A stretch of DNA of 64,000 nt from a virus. Lineage: Duplodnaviria > Caudoviricetes. Location: the IMG/VR virus record IMGVR_UViG_3300020050_005097, positions 12,308-76,307 of that record; one strand, given 5' to 3'. Every line of letters begins with the position of its first letter. Position 1 is the first letter of the stretch. Below the pieces are notes generated by a model that searched no databases, was not told where the DNA came from, and was given only the letters and a program-made list of their open reading frames with translations. Both the position numbers and the translations under genes were made by a program. This document shows, piece after piece, positions 23,378 through 32,950 of the stretch.

Positions 23378-23482
23378 TGCTTTTCTCCTATGTTAGGTGA
23401 ATTGATTAGAAAAAAAAGAATGAGACGTCGGCAGTTTCTCGGGGGTGAGTGTCGGCCTAAGAGTATTGCTACTCTATGTCTC

Positions 23483-23507
23483 ATTATAGGGCTTGTTATT
23501 TTTGCGA
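23483..23507 (-). promoter_or_regulatory. 25-bp promoter-like motif with ~65-nt leader ending in U8
   Basis: attata-gggc-ttgttatttttgcga; aatgagac/gtctcatt inverted repeat. Confidence 0.8.
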
Positions 23508-23515
23508 GCTCATTT

Positions 23516-23731
23516 TCAGGCTCTGTATTTCTTGGCTTTGTCGATGCGATCCTGTGCTTCCGCTATAACGATTCGACGCTTGATTTTCACCATATCAACA
23601 TCGGTTTGGTTGATGCGATCTTCAAGCCATTCCACCAGTTCTCTTGTGGTTAAGTTCTTAACCCATCTTTCCGCGTCTTCAATAGGAAGAACTTTTTCCT
23701 TTAGATCTCTGACAACACCATCGATAAACAT
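23516..23731 (-). CDS. helical hypothetical protein
   Basis: AGGAG SD. Confidence 0.7.
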   Translation of the reverse strand: MFIDGVVRDLKEKVLPIEDAERWVKNLTTRELVEWLEDRINQTDVDMVKIKRRIVIAEAQDRIDKAKKYRA

Positions 23732-23741
23732 GAATTATCTC

Positions 23742-24107
23742 CTATGCCTTTGTGGCTGTCATTTGCTCCATCGCTGCGATTCGAAGCTCTGCTTCAGCAA
23801 CAAGGAGGTTGAATTGGGCCACGGTTAGCAACGGGTGCTTTTCAGCAGCAACCTGTTCTAACATGGTGAGAAGAATCTTTGTGTTAGCGCCTTGAACTAA
23901 ATGGGAAAAGTCTTCCAAAGGAATGACATAATCTCTCAACTTCATTAAAGGAGTATAGACTTCACTATCATCAAGGGCTACACCGTTGGCAAGTAACATT
24001 ACAATTATCTCCTTATTAGCGGATTGTGTGGTGGCTCCGGTAGGCAACCGGCCGGACTTACGAATATACTTGTAGCGCCAGGTCTTCAACCCGATCTTTG
24101 CACTCAT
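23742..24107 (-). CDS. hypothetical protein
   Basis: 121-aa ORF; start uncertain. Confidence 0.6.
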   Translation of the reverse strand: MSAKIGLKTWRYKYIRKSGRLPTGATTQSANKEIIVMLLANGVALDDSEVYTPLMKLRDYVIPLEDFSHLVQGANTKILLTMLEQVAAEKHPLLTVAQFNLLVAEAELRIAAMEQMTATKA

Positions 24108-24136
24108 TTAAGCATTCAGTATATTACCACCAATTA

Positions 24137-24838
24137 TCAATCAGTCTTCGGGTCGTACTGCGCCATGTCTCCAACGCTCAGGTTGACATTCCGGTGCCCA
24201 TCATCAAGAGTGACGATGTTGTTTTCCTGGCGAATGTCATTAGGGGTGACGATGTTCTGTGCATCGGGATCGCTAGGCCACCCTGGCGTGGGAGGGTTAA
24301 CCGGAGGCGGAGGTGCGCACTCCTCGGAAACCTCGGGAAGAGGCGGCGGGCAGTCCTCGGAAACCTCCAGGGTGTTCTGTGTGGTGATACCGCTTTCATC
24401 ATTCGCGATGACTGTCGCATGGATCGCAACTGGTTTGGCCGGAATGTCAGGCGGAACCTTACCGTTGCCAAAGACGCGCTTGGGTCGTTTTGAAGTATCC
24501 GAGGGGAATGCCCAGGTGACCCGATCATCAAGATCTTCGAATCCGGCGACACCTTCGCCAAGCCCAATAAACTGCTGCTTGAACACCTTCGCCGAGTAGC
24601 AACGCAGGCTATCTCCGGAACGGGTGAGATACCAGCCAGGAAACGCCTTGCCCATGGTCGGGATGATCTTGCGGTTGATGGTGATGAACGTCTTACCATC
24701 CTCCGTGGTGATCTCACCGATTAGCGCGGCAATCTCATGGAGGTTCTCTTCGGTGATACGAACCGCCTCAACCTGAAACGGAGTACGAACGTAACGATCA
24801 AACTTTAAACTTTCACCCATCGGTATCAGTCCCTTCAT
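24137..24838 (-). CDS. phage protein with Pro-rich C-terminus
   Basis: VEAVRITEENL N-terminal domain; VSEDCPPP/VSEECAPPP repeat. Confidence 0.75.
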   Translation of the reverse strand: MKGLIPMGESLKFDRYVRTPFQVEAVRITEENLHEIAALIGEITTEDGKTFITINRKIIPTMGKAFPGWYLTRSGDSLRCYSAKVFKQQFIGLGEGVAGFEDLDDRVTWAFPSDTSKRPKRVFGNGKVPPDIPAKPVAIHATVIANDESGITTQNTLEVSEDCPPPLPEVSEECAPPPPVNPPTPGWPSDPDAQNIVTPNDIRQENNIVTLDDGHRNVNLSVGDMAQYDPKTD

Positions 24839-25151
24839 TGGTAGGAGTAGCTGCTTCTTTGAGGTATTCGGACATGTCGAGGCACAACTGGCCGGCGTCC
24901 GTACAAACCTTCTCGATGTACATGAATCCCTGAAGACAGGCCTTGCTCAGGTTATTGAACGCTGCCGCGGCATTGGCCCAGTCTTCAGCGGTGAGCTGCT
25001 TGGGGTCCTCAACGACCGCTTCGACTGCGGCCTCGTCAGTATCCGGCTGAAGCACAGAAATATGATCCTGTGCGGAAGGATGTGCCGCCTTCGACTCTTC
25101 AACGGAACGATCCGCAAAGACGTTGTGCGTCACGGGAATATCATCACTCAT
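24813..25151 (-). CDS. acidic hypothetical protein
   Basis: ATGA-coupled ORF. Confidence 0.7.
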   Translation of the reverse strand: MSDDIPVTHNVFADRSVEESKAAHPSAQDHISVLQPDTDEAAVEAVVEDPKQLTAEDWANAAAAFNNLSKACLQGFMYIEKVCTDAGQLCLDMSEYLKEAATPTNEGTDTDG

Positions 25152-25600
25152 AAGTTTTCCAATCTATCGGGGAAGGCGACATTGTCTGTTTTCTTGTAGA
25201 CGTCTACGTAAGTGGTCTCTGTCGCGCCATTATAGGTCACTTCGTAGTACACGTTATCTGGAATGTCCGTTGTAACGAGGGCTTTCCAATTACCAAGGGT
25301 CTTGGCGAACCACACAATATGGACTTCGCTAAGAGTCAGTTCGGGTTGCTCATCAGGCAGCTTACGATTATCGTTGTAGTAACGAGCAACAAGCATTCGG
25401 GCCTTCGTATCCCGACTGATTTTGTTCATTAGGCTAATCCTTTGGATTGAATCGTCTGGGTAAAGCATTACTGTGGTGGCGTTCCAGGCTTCACCATAAC
25501 ACTTGGAACATCCGATAAGGCCCTTACAATGTGCAGTGATGCCTGGGATCGGGTAAGTGGGCGCTGTTCCTGGAATATAATGCCCATGGGTTGTGTACAT
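25148..25600 (-). CDS. MYTTHGH-module protein 2 with DUF6275-like C-terminus
   Basis: WFAKTLGNWKALVTT...YYEVTYNG...TYVDVYKK. Confidence 0.75.
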   Translation of the reverse strand: MYTTHGHYIPGTAPTYPIPGITAHCKGLIGCSKCYGEAWNATTVMLYPDDSIQRISLMNKISRDTKARMLVARYYNDNRKLPDEQPELTLSEVHIVWFAKTLGNWKALVTTDIPDNVYYEVTYNGATETTYVDVYKKTDNVAFPDRLENL

Positions 25601-25786
25601 TTACACCTTCCGGGAAGTAAATACCTCTCGAGCACGCTCCGGATCTTCTCGCTCGGTCGAAATGGTGAATGTAACGCCGCCATCCGTGGAATATACGTTG
25701 TCGTGGATCAGGTTCTTCCACAATGCCGTACGGTCAGTGGTACGCTCCCATTCACTTGATGCGGTTGTTACGTCGGGTGGTTGCAT
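25601..25786 (-). CDS. hypothetical protein
   Basis: TGATG-coupled ORF. Confidence 0.6.
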   Translation of the reverse strand: MQPPDVTTASSEWERTTDRTALWKNLIHDNVYSTDGGVTFTISTEREDPERAREVFTSRKV

Positions 25787-26172
25787 CAGCCTTCTCCTGG
25801 GTAACGTGCAGCGGCGTTAAAGGCCTCTCGAGCATAAGGCAGCGCACGAGGCGAGTACTGGTTTGCAAACGGTGGCATAGTAGATAATGCTCCCGCAACA
25901 AAGTTCTCGAAAGGAGTGTAGTCATTCGGATCGATCGAACCCTGATCCTCCCAACTAAGACCCTTCCGTTCCTGAGCAGCAAACGCATTGGCAAACCATC
26001 CGACCATCAGACTTCGATCGATCTGGTCAAGTTTGTTGCCGAAATTCTTCATGAACTCTTCGGCCCAAACCATTGCGTCATTGGTCTCTAACAGCTTGGC
26101 TGCCTGGAGGTCCGGCTCGGTTGGAATATAGGTATCTTCCACATCGGCTGGTTTAGAAACGATATCGCTCAT
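25786..26172 (-). CDS. hypothetical phage protein
   Basis: DAMVWAEEF...MVGWFANA pattern. Confidence 0.7.
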   Translation of the reverse strand: MSDIVSKPADVEDTYIPTEPDLQAAKLLETNDAMVWAEEFMKNFGNKLDQIDRSLMVGWFANAFAAQERKGLSWEDQGSIDPNDYTPFENFVAGALSTMPPFANQYSPRALPYAREAFNAAARYPGEG

Positions 26173-26720
26173 TAGTCCCTCGGATCTTCTAAGTAGTTAA
26201 CTGATGTGTGGGATGGACCTCGACTATGGTCAAGCTCGCACTCTGAAAGAAGCCAATAGCTCTTACCACCATCACTGGAGAAAGCCTCTGGGTTGCGAGT
26301 ACTTTGCCAAATACCATTACCACCAGCAACGGACTTGTCGTGGAATACCCACTCATTGGGATCGTTGGTAAGCGGGGAAAGATTCTCATGATTGAGAAGC
26401 GCCGTGATGGTTGGGATGGCAATCATCGCCGACCCACCACTATGCCCCATATCGGCAAATGCCTGAATGACTCGAATATAACCACGAACCACGTCGGGGT
26501 CTTCACCAAGAAGTGACAGCTCCTTTTTGGCATGGGAAACTAGGCCGCTATCCTCAGAAAATGCAAGATTCCCCAAAGCAAGCGCAACCACCTCCTCCGC
26601 CTGCTTGGTCTGCTCAAAGCAAACGCTACAAATCCGAACCCCGCCGCAGCGGACCTCTTTTGCTGGAGTATTCGGATCCACCGGAGTTCCGGGGATCTGA
26701 TGACCGTGAGTTGTGTACAT
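26172..26720 (-). CDS. MYTTHGH-module protein 3
   Basis: MYTTHGHQIPGT...C.G...C..C; C-terminal GHSGGSA...LSPLT..WQS.R domain. Confidence 0.8.
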   Translation of the reverse strand: MYTTHGHQIPGTPVDPNTPAKEVRCGGVRICSVCFEQTKQAEEVVALALGNLAFSEDSGLVSHAKKELSLLGEDPDVVRGYIRVIQAFADMGHSGGSAMIAIPTITALLNHENLSPLTNDPNEWVFHDKSVAGGNGIWQSTRNPEAFSSDGGKSYWLLSECELDHSRGPSHTSVNYLEDPRD

Positions 26721-26754
26721 TAACCCTCCTGATTAAATATGCGTAGGTGTGGTG

Positions 26755-27213
26755 TCAGTTCTCATCAGCGTAACGACGGTCGAGTTCATCTTCCTCAAGG
26801 GTGACGTACATCGTCTTGAGGTATGCCTTGACACCGGACTTGTCATTTGTAGACCACTCGAATCCTCGAACGATAAGGTCGACGTTCTTGATGTCTGCCC
26901 AATCGAGCATTTCGATCGTAGACTCATTGAGCTGAGTCTTGCCGCTGGAGGTGATCATGATCACTCGAGGGGGCTTGATGGAAAAGTTGACGGCCACAGG
27001 AAGATGTGGGTTACGGACCTCTTCCTCATCCTCACGAGGATTGGGGTACTTGACGTTCCAGCGATCTTTGAGCATGGCCTGTGCGACCTTCTCGTCAGGG
27101 ATCTCGACCGAGAAACCCTTCACGCCCTTGGCGTTGAACTTGCCCTCACGACCCTCAAAGTTCTTGAAGATCAGTTTGGCCTTATCGAATTGTGCGGTAA
27201 GCGGTTCACTCAT
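26755..27213 (-). CDS. putative single-stranded DNA-binding protein
   Basis: IFKNFEG...VDLIVRGFEW...GVKAYLKTMYVT, acidic tail; next to polymerase. Confidence 0.7.
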   Translation of the reverse strand: MSEPLTAQFDKAKLIFKNFEGREGKFNAKGVKGFSVEIPDEKVAQAMLKDRWNVKYPNPREDEEEVRNPHLPVAVNFSIKPPRVIMITSSGKTQLNESTIEMLDWADIKNVDLIVRGFEWSTNDKSGVKAYLKTMYVTLEEDELDRRYADEN

Positions 27214-27422
27214 TAGAGCTCCATTTCTAATTGTTCGTTGTCTGTCACTGCGGTGATTGTTAGAGTCACCTTTTGGATTGGATCATTTATCTCATCCCTG
27301 TACTTCGAGATGATGTCAAACGTTTCGTCGCGGATCACTTTAGACGTGTATAGCCTGTAGCGACCCTCGAACCCTTTGTAATTCGTATGCTGGATGGCAT
27401 GAACGGTAAATGTTTCGCGCAT
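27213..27422 (-). CDS. hypothetical protein
   Basis: coupled ORF. Confidence 0.6.
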   Translation of the reverse strand: MRETFTVHAIQHTNYKGFEGRYRLYTSKVIRDETFDIISKYRDEINDPIQKVTLTITAVTDNEQLEMEL

Positions 27423-27424
27423 GA

Positions 27425-27664
27425 CTATCCATATACGAACTTGCGGAGTACTCCATCGGGATCAACACAACTGCAAATACGTGTCAACGGTCCGAAGTCG
27501 TCGTACTCACCGGGCATGAACATGATTGCGTAATACCCAAGCTCTTCCAACTGCGGACGAAGTACAGAATCTTCGCATCTGTAGTAATGCTCGAAACTGA
27601 AGTCCTTCAAGGAAATGTCCGAGGGTAGGTCTTCGTACTTGCCTTCTGGCGGAGTTGAATGCAT
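27425..27664 (-). CDS. hypothetical protein
   Basis: TGATG-coupled ORF. Confidence 0.65.
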   Translation of the reverse strand: MHSTPPEGKYEDLPSDISLKDFSFEHYYRCEDSVLRPQLEELGYYAIMFMPGEYDDFGPLTRICSCVDPDGVLRKFVYG

Positions 27665-27870
27665 CAGAACCTCCGATCGAATCGGTCAAGAAACCCAGCG
27701 AAGCGGCCTAGTCGATTAGCCCACTTACACCTGTTCGTAAACTGTCGAATATAGATGAGAGCATCCTCGATGTTAGCGAACTCATGAGTCTCTTGAGCCC
27801 ACGAATATGGAATCCCTGGGAAGTCTACTTTTACTCCCCAGCGAGAACCCACCGGGTAAATTTGGATCAT
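27664..27870 (-). CDS. hypothetical protein
   Basis: AAGGA SD. Confidence 0.6.
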   Translation of the reverse strand: MIQIYPVGSRWGVKVDFPGIPYSWAQETHEFANIEDALIYIRQFTNRCKWANRLGRFAGFLDRFDRRF

Positions 27871-27908
27871 GATTTTTCCTTTTCGATTAAGATTAGTGGA
27901 AATATCTT

Positions 27909-30900
27909 TTACGACACAAACCTATGGAAGGGTCCATAGTACTCGATTGCAGCCTCAGCATCTCGGGCCAACTTCTCGAAATATGAGTAGTCGATGAAGT
28001 CGCCGTAAGGCTCTTCACGCTTCTCCGCCATCTCACGTTCGATCCATCGGTAACCCTTGGTGCCAGTAACCGCGTACTTCTTGTCTTCCTTGATACGCCA
28101 GAGGAATGCGCCACCCTTAAGCACAGGGATGAAACTCCCCGTGCGACCGACATGCACAAACTCCGTCACCTTTCGCAATTCACTCTCGTTGAAGTCGAGA
28201 TACATTGCTCCCTGCTGAACGCTTCGCGTCTCACAAAGATCGTCGAACTCAATCTCTTCGTTGGTGAACAGCTTCTTGAACACGTACGGATGCTGGAACT
28301 GAGCGCCTACCGCAGTCCACTTATCGCCCTGACGAGCAATATAAACTGCGTCATTGACGAGACAGAACTTGTCATACGTCCCTTCGTGCTCGAATTCGTA
28401 TCCGTACTTCTGGCCGAAGTCCATGACAAACTGGATGATCTCCGGCGTAGCGTCTGGAATCTTGATCGAGTCCGTCTTGATGTGCGCAACGGTAAATCCT
28501 TTCTCCTGCACAGCGTGCTTGAGGTCTACCATGAATAAAGCACCGCGTTTGGCCACGATGTTGTCGATGTTCCTGTTGTCCTTGAACGGAGTTGGGAACT
28601 TCGCACTAGTGAGGCCATAAACGCTGTTGATTACAATCTTTAGCGCATACGCCAGATCGTCGGCCACATCTTCACCAGCGGCCAAAAACGGTTGCAGTCG
28701 ACCACCAAGTAGCTTGCGGGCTCGGTCGAACTCCTTACGCTTAACCGCCATACGAGCGTCCTTGAGCTCGGAGAACCGTTCTGTGTAGGGTCCGAAGAGA
28801 TTGAGGAGCTCAATGCTGGTCGGATGCATGGAGGCAACGTCCAGAAGCGCAACATTCTCATATACGCCCGGCTCGGCGTAAACGTACCCGCCTTCTCCTG
28901 TGACTTCTCCACGATAAGTACTTTCCTTTCCGTCGAACTTGTACCCGGGGAATTCCTCGGACAAGTCTGTGTAAATGAATTTCTTCTGAGGCTCCTTGTC
29001 GGAACCAAAGATGATCTTTGCCGTGTGGTTCTGAGTGGTGTGATTAACACTGAGACCAGACAACTCGGCCAACATCTCACGAGCGACGAAGTCCTGCTTA
29101 CGGTTCTCGAACACCGCCTCTAACGCATGGACATCGTTCGCACAGTAATCGATGACTCGAGGGATCATTTCCTCAGGAACAGGCGAGTCCCAATCAAGAT
29201 CAAGCTCCATGTGATGGATACCAAGCTCAATTTCGAACTTCTTGAGGCTCTGCTTCTTCGACGAGAAGTCGTACGCATCTGTGTAGGAAAGGTTGTACGC
29301 CTCTCCGAACAGCGCATTGTGATTGCCGCCGATGATCTTCTGACTAAGCCGGTAGATCTCCTCATTCGTGTAGCCCAAGAAACGAGCGTACAGAATATGG
29401 TTATCGTACTTGCGATTATTGAACCCGACCAACTTGAGCGCGAACAAAGGCTCGATCTCATGTGGTTCTGGGTTGATCATTCGGACGACGTCAGCATCCC
29501 CAGCATACTTCCAGCAGATCAGAAGCAGGTTGGGATATACCTCAATGTCGAAGAACACGATCGGGTCGTCAGATTTAACAGGGCCCTCAACCTCAAGCGG
29601 CATGAACTCCTGCCCGATGAACTGCATCTTCTGGACCACCTTGATGGCCGTATCGGACTGATGAGTACTTCGAGCGGCAAAGGTTAGGATCGTACCACGA
29701 AGATCTCGCACGTCGTAAGCCATTCCGGACTCATACGCTTCTTCCAAGATCTTATGGATGAAATCAACTGACGATTTGGTCCCAGGGTGTACTTCTTTCC
29801 TGAGGTTCTTGTCAATTAGTGCTCGAAGTCCCTTTTCACTTTGGATTGTCTTCGTACCAAGCATGGACTTCTCTTTCTTTGGCAACCCACTTGTAAGGGT
29901 CGCAACCTCTAGGTTGTTACATCTGGTCAATTTCCTCCGGAGGGAACTGTCCCCAAGCAAAGTTTTAACCTCGATACCGTCTGCGTAAAGAGCAGCAAGC
30001 TCCTTGACGTTACCGTGGTAAATATAGTGCAGATGAACGCCCGCGCCGCTTTTGCTAAGCTCGGTGTATGTCGGGGGAAACTGTGATGCTGCCCAACAGT
30101 TCATCTCTAGACTCTTATCGCCATTCTCATCAACAAGGTCGAAGTCGATGACGATGTGTTGCTCGGGTACCTTCACGAAGTGCAACTTTGAAGTGTCGAT
30201 ATCCTTTAGTGTAGTTGTCACATTAGCCCACTTAAACCTGGGACTACCATCAGTCTTTGTGTACTGAGCTGGTTGATCCGCATAAAGACGGTCGAAGTGC
30301 GACTCAATATCATCGACAGCAATTTGGTATGTCGTGTCCGGCTTGAATGGATCCGGTGCTGTCAATTTCTTGAATTTGGAGTAGTAGCTTCGAACAAGTA
30401 CCCCATCGACTTCTGCCTTTTCTTCGAACTTGTCGAAGTAATTACGTAGCTCCTCTCGGAATTTGTATTGGGGAAGCAGACGCTCGATTCCAGTCTCTGC
30501 TCCGAATTCCTTGTAGAGTTCATACGCTCGTTTAAGGGAGACACCACCCTTTTCCTTAAACTCTTCGTAGTAATACTCCACATAGTTGTAGAACACATCG
30601 GTTTGAAGCATCATCTCGAGAGGGCGGTAAGAGTTGTAGTGGGTCTTACCCATTTCCCGATAGCGCTCGCGGCAATGATGTGCAATTGCTCCTAGTTCGA
30701 AGTCAACCATCCCCATCAGTGCGTGGTACCGATCCTCGTCGATCTTCACACCCGTGGGATGCACGTCGATAAGGCGTCGGATAATACCAGACTTGGCGTC
30801 ACTGATCTTGACTGGCTGGTTCGTACCCATAAACAGAAACGCATTGACCCGAGCGGTGTATCCGGGCTTGTACTTCTCGTTCATCGGCATGTCTTCGTGA

Positions 30901-31634
30901 GAGATGATCGAATTAAGCTTCGTATTGTCATCAATCTTCGACAGGTCCCCATCATGCTGAATGGCCACGAGGGGGTTGCTCTTGAACGCTTCAGTAGCAA
31001 ATGCGTTGTTACCACTACCCAGAGCCTTAGCATCGAAGGTCGTCGTATAGCCCTCGAACAGCTTCTGAATAATGTTGATCACCGTGGACTTGCCACTACC
31101 CGCAGGTCCATAAAACACGAGGAACTTCTGGATCTTCTTTGCCTCACCGGCAACGACGGCCCCAATAGCCCACTCGATCTTCGCACGTTCCTCCGGAGAA
31201 TATAGAACGCTAAGGAGTTCATCCCAAGCATCAATAGGGCCCTCTTCGAGAGAATATGGAAGACGCTTGCTTGCGTAATCTGTTTTCTTGACTTCGGTGT
31301 TAGCGAAAACGAGCGACTCGTCTAGCGTATGGTAGTTGTCACTGATGTTCTGAAGGAACTGCCGGAACGTAGTCCAGATCTTCGTGTTGAACGACCGAAG
31401 GTTCTGAATTTGATAAAGGTTCCCGCATTCGTCATTATACCGGTGAAGGTCTTCGTCCACCAGGCGTTGAACATCGTACTCGTCACTAGACCATAGACCA
31501 GCTTCTTCGTCCCAGACAGCATAGAACGATCGTCCTCGACTCATCAAGTCTTTGGACCTACCGATGTTCCAGTCTGGGTAAAGCACAGGGGGGCCATCGC
31601 GTCTTTCTTTCACTCTAATTTCATAGAAATCCAC
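27909..31634 (-). CDS. SF3 helicase - primase - family B DNA polymerase fusion
   Basis: GPAGSGKST; IVIDFD and SKSGAGVHLHY; FFDIEVY, FNNRKYD exonuclease; DVASMHP, KIVINSVYG, KTDS. Confidence 0.88.
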   Translation of the reverse strand: MDFYEIRVKERRDGPPVLYPDWNIGRSKDLMSRGRSFYAVWDEEAGLWSSDEYDVQRLVDEDLHRYNDECGNLYQIQNLRSFNTKIWTTFRQFLQNISDNYHTLDESLVFANTEVKKTDYASKRLPYSLEEGPIDAWDELLSVLYSPEERAKIEWAIGAVVAGEAKKIQKFLVFYGPAGSGKSTVINIIQKLFEGYTTTFDAKALGSGNNAFATEAFKSNPLVAIQHDGDLSKIDDNTKLNSIISHEDMPMNEKYKPGYTARVNAFLFMGTNQPVKISDAKSGIIRRLIDVHPTGVKIDEDRYHALMGMVDFELGAIAHHCRERYREMGKTHYNSYRPLEMMLQTDVFYNYVEYYYEEFKEKGGVSLKRAYELYKEFGAETGIERLLPQYKFREELRNYFDKFEEKAEVDGVLVRSYYSKFKKLTAPDPFKPDTTYQIAVDDIESHFDRLYADQPAQYTKTDGSPRFKWANVTTTLKDIDTSKLHFVKVPEQHIVIDFDLVDENGDKSLEMNCWAASQFPPTYTELSKSGAGVHLHYIYHGNVKELAALYADGIEVKTLLGDSSLRRKLTRCNNLEVATLTSGLPKKEKSMLGTKTIQSEKGLRALIDKNLRKEVHPGTKSSVDFIHKILEEAYESGMAYDVRDLRGTILTFAARSTHQSDTAIKVVQKMQFIGQEFMPLEVEGPVKSDDPIVFFDIEVYPNLLLICWKYAGDADVVRMINPEPHEIEPLFALKLVGFNNRKYDNHILYARFLGYTNEEIYRLSQKIIGGNHNALFGEAYNLSYTDAYDFSSKKQSLKKFEIELGIHHMELDLDWDSPVPEEMIPRVIDYCANDVHALEAVFENRKQDFVAREMLAELSGLSVNHTTQNHTAKIIFGSDKEPQKKFIYTDLSEEFPGYKFDGKESTYRGEVTGEGGYVYAEPGVYENVALLDVASMHPTSIELLNLFGPYTERFSELKDARMAVKRKEFDRARKLLGGRLQPFLAAGEDVADDLAYALKIVINSVYGLTSAKFPTPFKDNRNIDNIVAKRGALFMVDLKHAVQEKGFTVAHIKTDSIKIPDATPEIIQFVMDFGQKYGYEFEHEGTYDKFCLVNDAVYIARQGDKWTAVGAQFQHPYVFKKLFTNEEIEFDDLCETRSVQQGAMYLDFNESELRKVTEFVHVGRTGSFIPVLKGGAFLWRIKEDKKYAVTGTKGYRWIEREMAEKREEPYGDFIDYSYFEKLARDAEAAIEYYGPFHRFVS

Positions 31635-31646
31635 ACAACCCCCTTT

Positions 31647-32177
31647 TTAGTCGTAGTCTAATTCAAACAAGTACTCGTTAAACTGGTACCAGATCTCAAC
31701 CTCTCGTTGATCTTTTTTCGTATGGGTCAAAGGAAATAGTCCTCCATGCCCCCGTCGATTATAGGTTCGGAATACAAACTGCTCGATGACATCGTGTAAC
31801 GCCTTCTCATTAATAGGGGTAGCGTCATTGACGGTAGAAAGACCAAGGTTGGTAAGCATCACCCAAAACCAATTCTTCGCACTTTCGTCAGTCTCGAACT
31901 CAGCAACTCTAGAGAAAGCTATAAGCATCTCCAAGACGGAGCACCCAGGAGAAGTGAGTGCCCCGTCAATTGGAAATCCACGTTGTCTCAAGAATTCGAT
32001 TCGTAAGTCTCGGCCGTCTTCTACACGGTTATCATCACCAGATACTAAAAACACAAATTGAAACTGGTGAAGGGTAGAGAGAAGATTATTGAACCGTAAG
32101 TTGGGCAAACGGGCCGAGGGAACACTAACCTTTTGGCATAGCCAGTTGAAATATTGATCTTCAATTGGCTTGGGCAT
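31647..32177 (-). CDS. conserved phage replication-region protein
   Basis: YFNWLC...DDNRVEDG...CSVLEMLIA. Confidence 0.75.
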   Translation of the reverse strand: MPKPIEDQYFNWLCQKVSVPSARLPNLRFNNLLSTLHQFQFVFLVSGDDNRVEDGRDLRIEFLRQRGFPIDGALTSPGCSVLEMLIAFSRVAEFETDESAKNWFWVMLTNLGLSTVNDATPINEKALHDVIEQFVFRTYNRRGHGGLFPLTHTKKDQREVEIWYQFNEYLFELDYD

Positions 32178-32179
32178 TA

Positions 32180-32941
32180 TCAGTCAGACCTAAACTTCCG
32201 GTCGTTGGAGTGCTTGAGGTCCCGATCCTCGAACTCCTGCTCGATGGTGTGCCCAGCCACCTCAAGCTCATATCGCCCTGCGTGCCGAAGCACTTCGTAC
32301 TCCTTGTGCTGCTTGACGCTTCGAATGTACACAACATTCTTGTCGCCTGAGCCATGACCAAACTTCAGTTCACCAAGAAGCTCTGCGGGGTTGTACATCG
32401 GAACTTCCAACGAGTCAGCAAGAATGTCGTCGCCCTCATACCAGGTAACGGTTTCCTGAGCCCACTCGTTGTCGTTCTCGATGAACTCCTCGACACGGAT
32501 CACGTACGGCTCACCGTCGATACGAGCGGCAGCTTCAGCCTCTTCGTCCCACTCTGCCCCACTCTCGGGGTCGGTGAAGACATTGACTCGCTCGTAGACG
32601 ATGTCGGAAAGGTCGTCACTCTGCTGAGTGAGTTCCTCCTCGGTGACGTCATCATCTTCATCAGCGGCGATTTCAAAGAGCTCTTCGTCACTGCTGTCCA
32701 AGGCCTTCTCAAAATCTGCTGCCATTTTGGCCTTTAGGTATTCCTGCACTTCAGATGGTGACAACTGTGGCTCGGGGATCTCTTCAAGATCATCGATGGT
32801 CGCATCAATCACGTCAAATACCTCATTACGTCCGGTGCGTCGACCGATTAGAAAGCCAGTCCCGAATCCCACAACAGCGCTGGCAGCTCCGGCCGCAACC
32901 GGAATCACCCACTTCTGCTTGAGAATCTCTTGAATGTACAT
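32180..32941 (-). CDS. N-terminally anchored acidic protein
   Basis: TM then D/E-rich body. Confidence 0.75.
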   Translation of the reverse strand: MYIQEILKQKWVIPVAAGAASAVVGFGTGFLIGRRTGRNEVFDVIDATIDDLEEIPEPQLSPSEVQEYLKAKMAADFEKALDSSDEELFEIAADEDDDVTEEELTQQSDDLSDIVYERVNVFTDPESGAEWDEEAEAAARIDGEPYVIRVEEFIENDNEWAQETVTWYEGDDILADSLEVPMYNPAELLGELKFGHGSGDKNVVYIRSVKQHKEYEVLRHAGRYELEVAGHTIEQEFEDRDLKHSNDRKFRSD

Positions 32942-32950
32942 TAAGACCTC

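Noticed and set aside
26720-26744. Half match (ttaaatatgcgt) to the 25-bp promoter motif
   Set aside because: Lacks the ACA box and hexamer at the fixed spacing.
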